This document shows positions 49,893 through 60,359 of a stretch of DNA of 64,000 nt, piece by piece (positions within the stretch are counted from its first letter, which is position 1; the number at the start of each line of letters is the position of its first letter). The notes under the pieces were generated by a model, which was not told where the DNA came from, made no database searches, and saw nothing but the letters and a program-made list of their open reading frames with translations. The stretch is from Octopus vulgaris (taxonomy: Eukaryota), in contig OX597823.1 of the NCBI GenBank assembly GCA_951406725.2, positions 33,170,001-33,234,000 of the forward strand, written 5' to 3'. The position numbers and the translations under genes were made by a program.

Positions 49893-51286
49893 CAGGTTTC
49901 TTTCAGTTTCTGTCTACTAAATCTGCTGACAAGGCTTTGGTCAGCCCGATGCTATAGTAGAAGATACTTGCCCAAGGTGCCATGCAGTAGGACTGAACCC
50001 AGAACTATGTGATTGGGAAACAAGTTACTTACCACACAGCTACTTCTATATACATAAAATCATAAGTGTAGAATTGTATGAATATAATTCAATTTGTATT
50101 GACTTGGCTTTTGAAACATTTTCATCAATATATATTTATATGATGGTATCATCATCATCATTTAATGTCCTTTCCATGCTGGCATGGCTTGGACGGTTTG
50201 ACTGAGGACTGGCAAGCCAGGAGACTGCGCCAGGCTCCAATCTGATCTGGCAATGTTTCTGTATATTAATGTCAATTGATTTGCAGATCTTACCTCTAGT
50301 GCCCTTGACATGATGACCTCTGGTCTATTTACTTCAATTGCTTGGTCTTACAACTAAAGCAAGAAGACCGGATATGATTATAGAGGACAAAATATACAAA
50401 GAGTGGAAGATCATAGATTTTGCAATTCCCTATGGTAACAGAGTTGATACAAAAGAAATTGAAAAAATATCAGAAATATCAGGATCTGGCCAGGGAGTTA
50501 AGGAGTCCGCAGGAAAGTAAAACAACAATTTTTCCTGTGGTTATTGGTGGACTTGGCACAACACCTGAAATGCTGCCTAAGAGACTGATACAGATTGGAA
50601 CTGAAACGCACTTGAGTGCGGCAGCAAGGAGCATGCACGACAAACACAACAGTGTTAGCAAATAGCCGCATGCAGTTTCCCTGCATTCCCAGCACTTTGG
50701 AGACATTGTTTGGGATTACTGTTGTAAAAACTTGTTTCTTCCTATGGAATATGAAGATTGTAATAGACCTAAAAAGTTAAATTAATAAAAGAATATTTAT
50801 TTCTACACATGTGCACAGTATTGGAATATATTTTCTATCATCAACTACTACAGCAACCACACTTAACCACTATAACAACCACACTATTACTCAAGCTTCT
50901 TTACAATTAATTCTAAAGCTACCATACAACCACTATAGTCACAACTGCAGCAGCCATGCACACCAAAGTAACAAATCAAAGAAACTGTTGAAATGCAAAA
51001 CATGTGCAATAACAGTAATAGTGTACAAGAACAAAGTAGAGAGAGAGAGGAGGAGAGAGAGGGAGAGAGAGAGAGGGAGAGAGAGAGAAAGGAGGAGAGA
51101 GAAAGAGGGAGAGGTGAATAACTCACTTGTATGCAGGTTTTCTTGTATAAGCTGTCGGGTTTGACTGACCACAGCCAGATCATTATTGTCCAAGAGATTA
51201 AACAATTGTTTGACATTTACTTCGTGCACAGTTGAAGAACTGCAGGCAATGTTACTGTGACACTCTGTAGCCATTCTGTCTGGCAT
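25767..51286 (-). CDS. TSC1: Hamartin (tuberous sclerosis 1), ~1051 aa, 21 coding exons
   Basis: Exons join in frame (3156 nt). Motifs [113 protein letters not shown] and LQKELLLMGEL plus a C-terminal coiled coil match hamartin. Confidence 0.95.
26175..26990 (-). mobile_element. Tc1/mariner-superfamily (maT/DD37D-like) transposase remnant with degenerate TIRs
   Basis: IMVFGGITSDG.., WQ*DSALCHTSRTQS*L..WLPNFPDCNPLDY; similar inverted termini within TA repeats. Confidence 0.75.
27736..27850 (-). CDS. TSC1: TSC1 coding exon 20
   Basis: VSEAKFDSVMKVNQNLQSHILKLRGEIVVLKKEALQKN. Confidence 0.9.
28295..28363 (-). CDS. TSC1: TSC1 coding exon 19
   Basis: DITVEELKKCLDNVRNKFGEQIR; donor GTAAGT. Confidence 0.9.
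28420..28830. repeat. Degenerate ~20-bp minisatellite
   Basis: Recurring AATGTCATAGCAGTACAG-like units filling TSC1 intron 18. Confidence 0.55.
28876..28964 (-). CDS. TSC1: TSC1 coding exon 18
   Basis: ELKKCLQQREVVAENWKSRWQELDENNKSK. Confidence 0.88.
30006..30147 (-). CDS. TSC1: TSC1 coding exon 17
   Basis: MFLLQKELLLMGELQQRYQEKLD.. Confidence 0.92.
31023..31118 (-). CDS. TSC1: TSC1 coding exon 16
   Basis: NFQEANQKLFQAEKRLELMKKQVSDKEKLKEQ; donor GTAAGT. Confidence 0.9.
32093..32189 (-). CDS. TSC1: TSC1 coding exon 15
   Basis: VCQAFCEKLKAENELLKNDLSEREKMAKEDRN; donor GTGAGT. Confidence 0.9.
32282..32389. repeat. ~54-bp perfect tandem duplication
   Basis: TCATCTATTTAACATAATGTAAACACACTGTATATAGTCCAGTTAATACAATAT x2. 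Confidence 0.85.
32849..32979 (-). CDS. TSC1: TSC1 coding exon 14
   Basis: LDQLRLQEKEIRDLQETIKKLQE.. (coiled coil). Confidence 0.92.
33257..33525. mobile_element. Rearranged copy of the tRNA/hammerhead SINE
   Basis: Minus tRNA head about 33362-33433 (A box TAGCGTAGTGG, B-box-like GTTCAATTCC), (AAT)n, foldback at the CTGATG core, and plus-strand tail ending TATAGAACTGT. Confidence 0.7.
34535..34701 (-). CDS. TSC1: TSC1 coding exon 13
   Basis: [39 protein letters not shown]. Confidence 0.94.
35177..35323 (-). CDS. TSC1: TSC1 coding exon 12
   Basis: [36 protein letters not shown]..TCFG. Confidence 0.92.
35623..35921 (+). mobile_element. Helentron/HINE (DINE-1-like) non-autonomous element
   Basis: Starts ACTAG with a perfect 12-bp hairpin GCACTATGACCC/GGGTCATAGTGC; ends (CA)n CAGACAGAC..TTTATATATATATAGAGAT. 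Confidence 0.6.
36170..36736 (-). CDS. TSC1: TSC1 coding exon 11 (567 nt)
   Basis: DVCDVEVAELTKR..MNRIRF..RSRSCP..; ttccag acceptor, G|GTAAGT donor. Confidence 0.9.
38080..38212 (-). CDS. TSC1: TSC1 coding exon 10
   Basis: RPSQNTKVTPVSCCSSPIEERKAPEISMQSLHSFVDTFVSQDPS; phase 0-1. Confidence 0.78.
39309..39349 (-). CDS. TSC1: TSC1 coding exon 9 (41 nt)
   Basis: tctccag|..HHSCSKMASCDME|GTAAGT; restores phase 1 to 0 between neighbours. Confidence 0.75.
40955..41143 (-). CDS. TSC1: TSC1 coding exon 8
   Basis: [39 protein letters not shown]..; donor A|GTACGT. Confidence 0.85.
43549..43769 (-). CDS. TSC1: TSC1 coding exon 7
   Basis: [23 protein letters not shown]...SSGSL; donor G|GTAATT chosen for phase fit, so the 3' boundary is less certain. 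Confidence 0.82.
44663..44736 (-). CDS. TSC1: TSC1 coding exon 6
   Basis: [25 protein letters not shown]. Confidence 0.94.
45834..45988 (-). CDS. TSC1: TSC1 coding exon 5
   Basis: [35 protein letters not shown]..AIVK. Confidence 0.96.
46686..46830 (-). CDS. TSC1: TSC1 coding exon 4
   Basis: TDTDVPVLMTGLTILSALMPVLPKHTMPYLTDFFEIFGRVAEFTCEKP. Confidence 0.94.
48265..48470 (-). mobile_element. Degraded LINE RT C-terminal remnant
   Basis: VIFWRLPRPNKGQRSFNYIDVIGRD..ENLLKLM resembles RTE-type ORF ends. Confidence 0.5.
48579..48731 (-). CDS. TSC1: TSC1 coding exon 3
   Basis: VLLDKLHESMKFPDHRLPILRIVLYAVGEEPQWLYQIGNANLFYDIIKCVK. Confidence 0.93.
49194..49297 (-). CDS. TSC1: TSC1 coding exon 2
   Basis: KESWMVSGLLDYYLSTHSDEALKMLSAINKQHEK. 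Confidence 0.93.
50345..50720 (+). mobile_element. R4/Dong-like RLE endonuclease remnant
   Basis: ARRPDMIIEDK..KIIDFAIPYGNRVDTKEIEKI and KYQDLAREL..PVVIGGLGT (PD..D-type RLE motifs). Confidence 0.8.
51127..51286 (-). CDS. TSC1: TSC1 coding exon 1
   Basis: MPDRMATECH..VNVKQLFNLLDNNDLAVVSQTRQLIQENLHT; in-frame TGA 6 nt upstream of the ATG; exon acceptor at 51325; donor GTGAGT. The second ATG at 51274 is an alternative start. Confidence 0.88.
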
Positions 51287-51926
51287 TCTAGCTCACGTGA
51301 CACACTCGGTAGCAGCAAAGACAGCTAGAAACAAAGAGAAAACAATATCAATAATAATAATAATAATAATAATAATGATAAAAAACACCACCCACAACAT
51401 GTACTCCCATAACAAAAGAAACGGATGCAACACAATACCAGGAAGAGTTTGTCCTCCCTGCAACAACAAAAAAGAACACACAATGCTGCACATACCCCCC
51501 AGCAACATGGAGGAGTAGCAGGTGGTGCAGCCGAAATCTGCCTGAAACTATCAAATGTTGAATAATATAATAATAATCTTTCTACTCCAGGCACAAGGCC
51601 TCAATTTTCTGAGAGGAGGGGGATGGTGATTACATCGACCCCTGTCCTCAACTGGGACTTATTTCATTGGCCCCAGAAGGACAAAAGGCAAAGTATGATG
51701 AAATGCCGCTAAGCATTTTACCTGGCATGCTAAGGGTTCTGCCAGCTCACCACCTTAAAAAATAATTATTATTTAATTTTTTTATTCATTTCAGTCATTT
51801 GACTCTGGCCATGCTGGAGCACTGCATTGAAGGATTTTAGTCCAAGGTGTCCTGCAGTGGGACTGAACCTGGAACCATGTGGTTGAGAAGCAAGATTCTT
51901 ACCACACAGCCATGGCTGCACCTAAA

Positions 51927-51962
<36 letters not shown>

Positions 51963-51964
<2 letters not shown>

Positions 51965-52180
51965 GGTCTCAAATTTTGCCATAAGGGCAGTCATTTTTGC
52001 AGAGGGGATGAGTCGATTACATTGACCCCAGTGTTTCACTGGTTCTTAATTTATTGACCCCGAAAGAATGAAAGGCAAAGTTGACCTTCGCAGTATTTGA
52101 ACTCAGAACATGAAGACTGATGAAATACCGCTAAGAATTTCGCTTGTTGTGCTAACGATTCTGCCATCTTGCAGCCTTAA
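51963..52180 (-). mobile_element. Second abundant SINE family; copies near 8430, 21895, 51575, 52870 and 58855
   Basis: Core GAGTTCAAAT..GGTCAACTTTGCCTTTCATTCTTTCGGGGTCAATAAA, set in (AAT)n. Confidence 0.75.
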
Positions 52181-54159
52181 TAAGTAATAAGAATAATTAC
52201 TAATTTAGACACAAGATGAGTGATTTTAGGGGAGGGACCGGTCAACTACACTGACTACAATATTTGGTTGGTACTTTACTGACCCTGAAAGGATGAAAGG
52301 TGGAATCTGAACCCAGAGCATAAAGATCCATTATTAAATATTATAAAGAATTTTTACACTCAATTCTGTCAAATCACCACCTATAATAATAATAATAACA
52401 ACAACACTTTGTTTTGGTATAAAAGATGGGCTACAATAAATATTCTGCTCAATACCACAGATTTGCTTGTCAGTTGTTTGACCGTAACTGGTTAAACATG
52501 TCCCTTAGTGGCTGATGATATGAGCATCTCTGATCATGAGAAGAATTCTTTGGGATTTGAATAATTCACCTTTGGAAACATGGGTATTTCGTTCATCATC
52601 CTTAAACAACTCTTATTCAGTGACCTCTTGGGTGGGATGGGCTACTTGACCTGAAGAAAATTCTAACTGGGCCCCACCTGCAAGGTCATGTACTGTTTAT
52701 CTTGATATGAGATCACAATGTCATGCACATATGGTTGTGATGCATGTGCCTGGTGTACCCTTATCAGACGAATAGTCATGAAGGGTATACTGGGCTTCAC
52801 ATGTTTTACTCCAGTGTCACTATGATGGCTTGCACTGCTCTCTCATTCAATAATGATGTTTTTAATTTAGGTGCAAGGCCAGCAATTTTGAAAAGAAGTT
52901 AATTGATACTTTTGATCTTAGTACTTGACTGGTACTTTAAAAGCAAAATTGACCATTGTGGGATTTGAACTCAAAATTTAAAAAGCCAAAAGCAACAGGC
53001 ATTTTGTCTGATACTCTAATGATTCAGCCAGCTCACCACTATGTTTCTGATTTAGGCACAAAGTAAGCAATTTGAACCTTTTAGCATTCAAATTGCTTTG
53101 TCAAATGTAATACTTATTTATTCATATTGTTTTGAATTACTCATGCATGGTGTTATAACTTTGAGATTTCAATGATGTGATTGCATATCTTTTGAATAAC
53201 ATTGAAGGGTAGACATGAGATGCTGGATCTGGCCAGTCTGAATAACATTAAACAGGTAGAATATTTAGGCCAGATATGGCTCGTTTAAATGCTAAAGGGT
53301 TAGGAGATGGGGTTTTCTCAACCCTCAAATATGAAGAAAGGAAAGCAGGTGGACCATTAAGGATAGTTGGTGAGATATTGAAAATATCATGTCCAGTGGA
53401 AGAGTATTAGCTTAGACGAAATACAGTTTGTGCGACAAATTAGAGAAGAACAAAAAACAAGCGACTACATTTAACATTCATTGACTTGGTAGAAGGCCTG
53501 TGATACTAAGGGAAGTGGGTGCAGATTAGATGGCTTCTGGGAGCCATCTAATGTACAGAGATGGTGTCAACAAGTGAGAGTTGGTAAGGGTTTAGCTAGA
53601 AATTTAATAAGTATAGGGGCCCATCAGGTTTCATTTCTCAAGGCCTTCCTCTCAGTTATACTACTCCAGGCCAGAACAGTTTAAAATTTGTTATTGTTAC
53701 ACACTGGTGACCTAATATTAGAGATGAATTTGCTGAAGGTTAAAAGAAAATTCCAAATGTGGAAGAAAGCAATGGAATCAATATGTCTTGAAGTAAATCT
53801 GGTAAAGTGAAAAGTTTTGGCTTGCAGCAAAGAAAACAGGACACTACTGCAATAGCCAAAGTGATACAGAAGAAGGATTTTGTATGTAATAGATGAAGAA
53901 GAGTAGTTGATAAGAGCAAATCATCACAATTATTTAATATCCACTTTTCCATGTTTGTATGGGTAAAATGGAATTTGTTGAGACAGGTTTTATACAGCTT
54001 GGTGCTCTCCTTGTTGCCAACTTTCATTTGTTATCGACCAGGATAATGTTTTCCCGTGGCAAGACATATTTTTCATGGAACTTTGAAAACGAATGATATT
54101 GTTTACAACAATTAAGTGATGTTGAGATAAGGGTACACACACGTAGATGTTATATATAT

Positions 54160-55131
54160 ATAGTCTGATGGATGTGTAATGTCAGTGTGCATACTCGACA
54201 GAGTACCTTGAGAGAAAAGTTGGACCTAAGAAGCATCAGATGTGGTGTGCAAGAGAGATGACTGCACTGGTATGGACATGTAGTGAGAATGGATGAGGAT
54301 AGCTGTGTGAAAAAGTGCCACACCCTAGCAGTTGAGGGAACCTGTGGAAGAGGTAGATCCAGAAAGACCTGGGATGAAGTGGTGAAGCACGACTTTCAAA
54401 CTTTAGGCCTCACCAAGGAAATGACTAGTGACCGAGACCTTTGGAAATATGCTGTGCTTGAGAAGACCCGGCAAGCCAAATGAGACCATAACCTCGTGGC
54501 CTATGCCAGGGGTGTAACCACCCCACTTGTGTGTACCTTTTCCTTCTTTGGACACTAAGCTCTGCTTGCGAAGACCTGTTGAGGCAAGTGAAATCAAAAT
54601 CAAAATCAAAGTGAAATTTGATGACGGGCACGAGCACCATACGAGCGCGATCGTTGACAGAGCAGCTAACCGGCTTCCGTGCCAGTGGCACATAAAAGGC
54701 ACCATTCAAGTGTGATCGTTACCAGCATCGCCTTACTGGCACTAGTGCCCCATGCTAGTAGGGTGCTATGAGCACCATCCAAGCGTGATCGTTGCCAGAG
54801 CGGCTAACTGGCTTACGTGCCCGTGGCATGTAAGAGGCACCATTCGATGGGATCGTTACCAGCATCGCCTTACTGGCACCTGTGCCGTTTGCATGTGTAA
54901 AAGATTCGAGCGAGGTCGTTGCCAGTACCACCTGACTGGCCCCCGTGCCAGTGGCATGTAAAAGCACCCACTACACTCTCGGAGTGGTTGGCATTAAGAA
55001 GGGTATCCAGCTGTAGAAACTCTGCCAGATCAAGACTGGAGTCTGGTGCAGCCATCTGGTTTGCCAGCCTTTAGTCAAACCGTCCAACCCATGTTAGCAT
55101 GGAAAGTGGACGTTAAACGATGATGATGATG
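54160..55131 (+). mobile_element. 5'-truncated RTE LINE (ORF C-terminus plus full 3'UTR)
   Basis: WYGHVVRMDEDSCVKKCHTLAVEGTCGRGRSRKTWDEVVKHD..DRDLWKYAVLEKTRQAK*; 3'UTR has internal ~60 bp repeats and a (GAT)n tail. Confidence 0.88.
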
Positions 55132-55244
55132 ATATATATATATCTATATATATATGTATATTTAGGGATAAACCACTAGGTGGATAAGGTGGATATATAT
55201 ATATATATATACTTGATAGATAGATAGAGACAGAGGGAGAGAGA

Positions 55245-55278
<34 letters not shown>

Positions 55279-55325
55279 ATGTATATATAAAATACAAATA
55301 TTTCTATAAAGATATTAATTCTTAC

Positions 55326-55409
55326 CTAAAATGAAATCTTGGGATCTTCCGTCAACCTCATTTAGTCTTCGGATTCTGAAAATCCTTCCACTAGAATACA
55401 TCAGACAGA
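55326..55409 (-). other. TSC1: Probable TSC1 5'UTR exon containing a uORF start
   Basis: Unique sequence bounded by ttattctacag| and AG|GTAAG. Confidence 0.6.
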
Positions 55410-57020
55410 CTGTAGAATAAACGGTAAAGAATTTTTCTCAGTAGAGTCATTAACATTGACAAAACACACACAAACATATATGTAGGTGGGTATCAGCATA
55501 AAATACATGAATTCATAGATAAGGAGAGAAATGAAGAGGTGAAACAAAGGGGAGATAAATACATCACATCATGGGACATTGTGGAAAATATGTTCTATCA
55601 TGTTTCAGGTCTAATTTACAGGGCCAAATATTTTACTGTAATTTATAGACAGCTTAGTGACCACCTTGTCCAGTGGTTTGTAAATGGTGCGTCAGTGAAT
55701 GTAAAAAAATATAATCTAGGTACAGGCATGGTTGTGTTGTTAAAAAGTTTTCTTCTCAACCATGTACTTCCAGGTTCTGTCCTACTGTATAGCACCTTGG
55801 GCAGAGGATTTCTGCTACAGCCTTAGGTTGACCAAAGCCTTGTGAGTGGATTTGGTAGACAAACAAGAAGCCCATCATATAAATGCAAATATGTGTGTGT
55901 AGTCTTGACATTGCACAATAATTGTAAATGAGCCCTGTTGACGTACAAGCAGTGCACTTGGTATTTCCTGTCTTCCATGAAAAACATGTTTAACTGTTGT
56001 AGTGAAAATCGTACTCCCTTCCCATGTGACAAAGTGGTATGACCCAGCCACTATAAAGTCAGACAGTCAGTTGTTGTAGGAGTTAGTAGTAGAAGAGTCA
56101 TTGCATGAGTTCTCAGTTGGAGTCAGTGTCAGTTAAGTGATATATACAAGTTTGAGTTACCGTCAAGGTAGACATTACAAAGTCGTTGTCTTGTGGAGCT
56201 ATCTGCAGTAGCACGATAGATGAGACAAAGATAATAAGATGCAGAATACCGCCACAACATAACAGTGGCGATAAAAATATTAGTGTTGGCAATAACATAC
56301 AAGTGGGCAGGGATCCACATTATAACACTGACCATGGAGAAATATTTATTTGCTTACAAACAAGAGTTGGTTACAGAAGGGGCATCTGACTAGAAAATCT
56401 GTCTCAACAAATCTTGTTTGATTCAGGCAAGTATGGAAAAGACTTTCTTAAAACAAAGATGATGAAAATGTATGACTTTAACAAATTCATACTCATGCTT
56501 GAGTAAGTGTCTTGAATAACATGCTATTTATAATTCTCTTATATACAAGTAATAAAGTAATGAAGTATAGTTATCTATCGCCATATTGCAGTTTATTATT
56601 TAAGCTTACATTGATTCCTCTGTGGTGTTGTTTTGCATTTATAATAAAATAAATATATACAAATTATAAAAATAATAAAAACAATATATGCAATACAGTA
56701 CTGTTTCTACTTTGCAGATTTTAACCTATCATGGGTGGATTTGAAATGTAACACCCAAGACAATCAAAGAATTACAGTATAATAAAGTAAGCATAGCTTA
56801 TTATTTTCCTTTAGTTTTAGCTCTGTTTCAATTAATTTTGAAAATAAAAATTTAGTAAAATAATTTTGTCATAACTAATTTGGTGTTTAGAACATAAATT
56901 AACGAGAAATTTTGATTACTTTAGAACTGGAAGTATGTATCATTAAATCAAGGTGGGGTAGTATCAAAAGGGTTAACTATTTCAGTTTTTTTAACCACCC
57001 AGGCAAAGTGTGTTGGTAAT

Positions 57021-57350
57021 TATTACCTCTGCCTTAGCAAAGGCAGAAGTATCTCAAGAAATGCTGGATGGTTTCAGATGAAACTTTCAGGGATGTTTGG
57101 CCTCATGACTGGCACAAACTTATTAGATTTTGGGATCGAATAGGTACCAGACAAGGAATCTGGATTATTTTTCCGTTTTCTTTTACTTAATTTTTGAGAG
57201 CAGTAGGGCTAATTTTTACTATTCTCATTTGTGAGAGCAGTCAAGTTTATTTCAGATATTCTCATTTTAAAAATCATCTCTGGCTAATCGTTGAGAGGAC
57301 GCTGATGTTGCCTTGGTGTAGGGTTGCACTCTCTGAGTGCTCTTGTTGTT
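57021..57350 (+). mobile_element. Helentron-like non-autonomous element
   Basis: TATTACCTCTGCCTTAGCAAAGGCAGAAG 5' hairpin; 3' CCTTGGTGTAGGGTTGCACTCTCTGAGTGCTCTTGTT subterminal IR plus hairpin. Confidence 0.55.
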
Positions 57351-57971
57351 ACTTGATCTCTGGGGCACCATGAAGACAAAAGCTTTGATAATCATTAATC
57401 TAGCTTTGATATTCATTAATTTATTCATGACCTGGAGGTAGGTTGTCACTGCTTTAATCAGGTAAGGTGGGACATGTAATTTCTATGTATACAACACAAT
57501 ACAAGTGACAGAGAGGAAGGGTTTACATATTTAATGAATGAGGTCAGTAGCTCACAATTATTTTATATTTGTGTAGCTGCTTCACACCCTTAACTATTCA
57601 GGTATATACCTTGTCTATTCAGAATTTGAACTCAGAGTGTAAATAGCTGGAAGAAATGCTGCTGCTAAGCAGTTTGTCTTGTGATAATGTGCTGCCAGCT
57701 CACCATCAAAAAATAATAAATATCAATAATAATAACAATAATAATAATAATAATAATAATCAGAAACCTCTGCATTGCAAAGGCAGAGAGAGGAGACCTT
57801 ATCTTAGCTGCTCAAGATCAAAGCGTATTGACTCAGAACTACCAAGCAATTATGATGAAATATGGAGTAAATCCAAAGTGTCAATTCTGCAATGATGAAA
57901 CTGAAGGTGAACCACCTAATCTTTGGATATAAAGTTTTAGCACCAGTGGAATATAAATGAAGATATGACAG

Positions 57972-58192
57972 ATTATTTACATTTGACAGATATTTGTCCT
58001 CATCTTGTTTGTTGTTAACACAATGTTTCGGCTGATATACCCGCCAGCCTTCATCAGGTGTCTTGGAGAAATTTCAAACCTGGGTTCTCATTCCTAAGGT
58101 ACTTTTCGATATTATTATTATTATTATTCAGGTCACTGCTTGGAATCGAACCCGGACTCTTGGGGTTAGTACCCCACACTCTTAACCACTAC
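57972..58192 (-). mobile_element. tRNA/hammerhead SINE inserted into an R4/Dong remnant
   Basis: Same head-(AAT)n-HHR-tail order; interrupts the host ORF between YDR and IGQ. Confidence 0.78.
58017..58062 (-). ncRNA. Minimal type I hammerhead motif; stem III has a G>A change
   Basis: Reverse complement GACAC-CTGATGA-A-GGCTG-gcgggtatat-CAGCC-GAAAC-ATT-GTGTT. Confidence 0.65.
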
Positions 58193-59839
58193 AGAATTGG
58201 CCAATATCTATACTGGTTAATATGTTGGTATTATAAAACAAAAACTGTTCACAAGTGGTATAACCATCAACTTGAGGCTGTAACTAAAGGTGAAAATGTC
58301 ACAATTCTTTGGGACTTTCCAGCACATACAGACAGAACCAAAAAAGCTAATAAAGCAGATATTATAGCAAAAGACCAAAATAATAAAGTCTGTTTATAGA
58401 TTGACATGAGTATCTTTTGTGATCAAAATGTCTTGACAAAAGACTCTGATAAGCTTAGAAAATATAAAGATTTGCTGATTGAAATTGAAAAAGTGTGGCA
58501 TCTCATGTTGATAAAAATACTAATGATTGTAGGAACTCTAAGAATGCTCAAAAGAGGAACTGGACATTGAGAATGATCCTTAGCTTACCATCCCTGCAAG
58601 AAGTGCAAAAGATTTTTTTTTCTAACTGGTATGTCATACATATTAAGAAATGCATTGTCTCTGTGAGAATAATTACTTTCCATGTAAATAAGTCTTTTTC
58701 AACATAACTTTATCTGATTTTATAAATTAATAATTTGGTGTGTTTATTTTAATAGTTTATCAATGTATAGAATGAGTTTCTATGTCTGGTGTGTCGGAAA
58801 GGCACTTGGCAAGAAATGGAAACAAGATTGAAGAAAGAAATAATAATAAAAATAATGCTTTCAAATTTTTGCACAAGGCCAGCAATTTCAGAGGGCGAGG
58901 GTGGGTGGTAAATGATTACATTGCTCCCCCACCCCCATGCTCAGCTGGTACTTATTTTGTTGACCCCTGGAAGAGGCAAAGCTGACCTCGGTGGAATTTA
59001 AACTCAGAACATGAAGATGGACAAAATGCCACAAAGCATTTTGCCCAGCATGCTAATGATTCTGCCAGCTTTGCTGCCTTAGAATAATAACAAACCTTTC
59101 CACCATAGGCTCAAGGCCTCAAATTATTTTAGGGGCAGGCGCTGGTTGATAACATCAACCCCAATGCTCCACTGGCATTTATTTTATCAACCTTAAAGGA
59201 TGAAAGGCAAAGGCCAGAAATTATGTGGGGAAATAACAATTGAGTTACAGGCGGAAACTCACTTTAGCTCTGATATACTCTTTTAGTACCAACAAAGCAC
59301 AGTTCCCAATGTGATGGGAACTCTGTTGGTTATGACAAGTGTTCCAGCCTGCTCATGAAATTAACATGCAAGTGGCTGAGCATTCCACGGACACATGTAC
59401 CTTAATGTAGTTCTCTAGGAAAGTCAATGTGAGACAGAATGTGACATGGCTGGGCCTTTGCAATACAGGTACTACTCATTTTTGCCAGCTGAGTGGCTTG
59501 GAGCAATGTGAAATAAAGTGTCTTGCTTAACAACATAACTCACTACTGGATATAGAACTCTCGGCATTATGATCATAAGCCAAATGCCCTAACCACAAAG
59601 CCAAAAGCTTTCACAGTTTCCTATATAAGACAAGAAACATAACATTTAACTTCACACAAACGCAAACGAAGTAAGTGATTGAGATGACGATATTTCCAAA
59701 ATTAGAAAAGAATTTAAAATTCAATTTTTCTGAACAGATGTGCTCTTCTCTATAGTTAATAAACTGCCATTAATTTTGACGACACACACATATGGTAATA
59801 AGAAATGACATCGTTTGAGAGAAAAACAGAATTTTAAAA

Positions 59840-60335
59840 ATCTACCCCAATAACTAAATCTAGCTTTGTTATTGTCTAAATCGACCTTAGTGACTGACTA
59901 AATCCACCCCAGTAACTAAATATGCACCTGTTATTGACTAAACCCACCCCAGTAACTAAATCTACCCCTGTTATTGACTAAACCCACCCCAGTAACTAAT
60001 TCTACCCGTTATTGACTAAACCCACCCTCATAATCGACCAAACTCAGCCATAACCTTATCATTGATTAAACCCTCTCACATCTGTAAATGACTAAACCTA
60101 TCTCTATAAGTGACCAAACCCACCCCTATAATTAAGTACCCGGCATTGCGAAACTTCGCCAAGTACCCTACTCCATTTGACTAAATCTACCTCTATTATT
60201 CACCGAACTTATCCCTATAACTGGCCGAACCCACCCTGTAGTTGAATAAATCTGCCCCAATAATTAAATTAGGCCCACCCGATAATTCACTTAAACTCAA
60301 CTCCTATAACAGACTAAATACATCCCAGAAACTGA
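59840..60335. repeat. Minisatellite (~40-bp unit built from ~20-bp subunits, degenerating rightwards)
   Basis: GACTAAACCCACCCCAGTAACTAAATCTACCCCTGTTATT x3-4, then diverged units. Confidence 0.8.
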
Positions 60336-60359
60336 TTGAGGGATTAAATAATTGAAAAT

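Larger units (their letters stand above)
57760..58850 (+). mobile_element. R4/Dong-like non-LTR retrotransposon remnant (Zn knuckle + restriction-like endonuclease)
   Basis: LILAAQDQ..KCQFC..VNHLI, ENVTILWDFPAHTDRTKKANKADIIAKD, KLRKYKDLLIEIEKVW; stops and frameshifts; flanked by (AAT)n. Confidence 0.8.

Noticed and set aside
59840-60335. CRISPR-like array
   Set aside because: Eukaryotic context, no unique spacers and no cas genes; a simple minisatellite.
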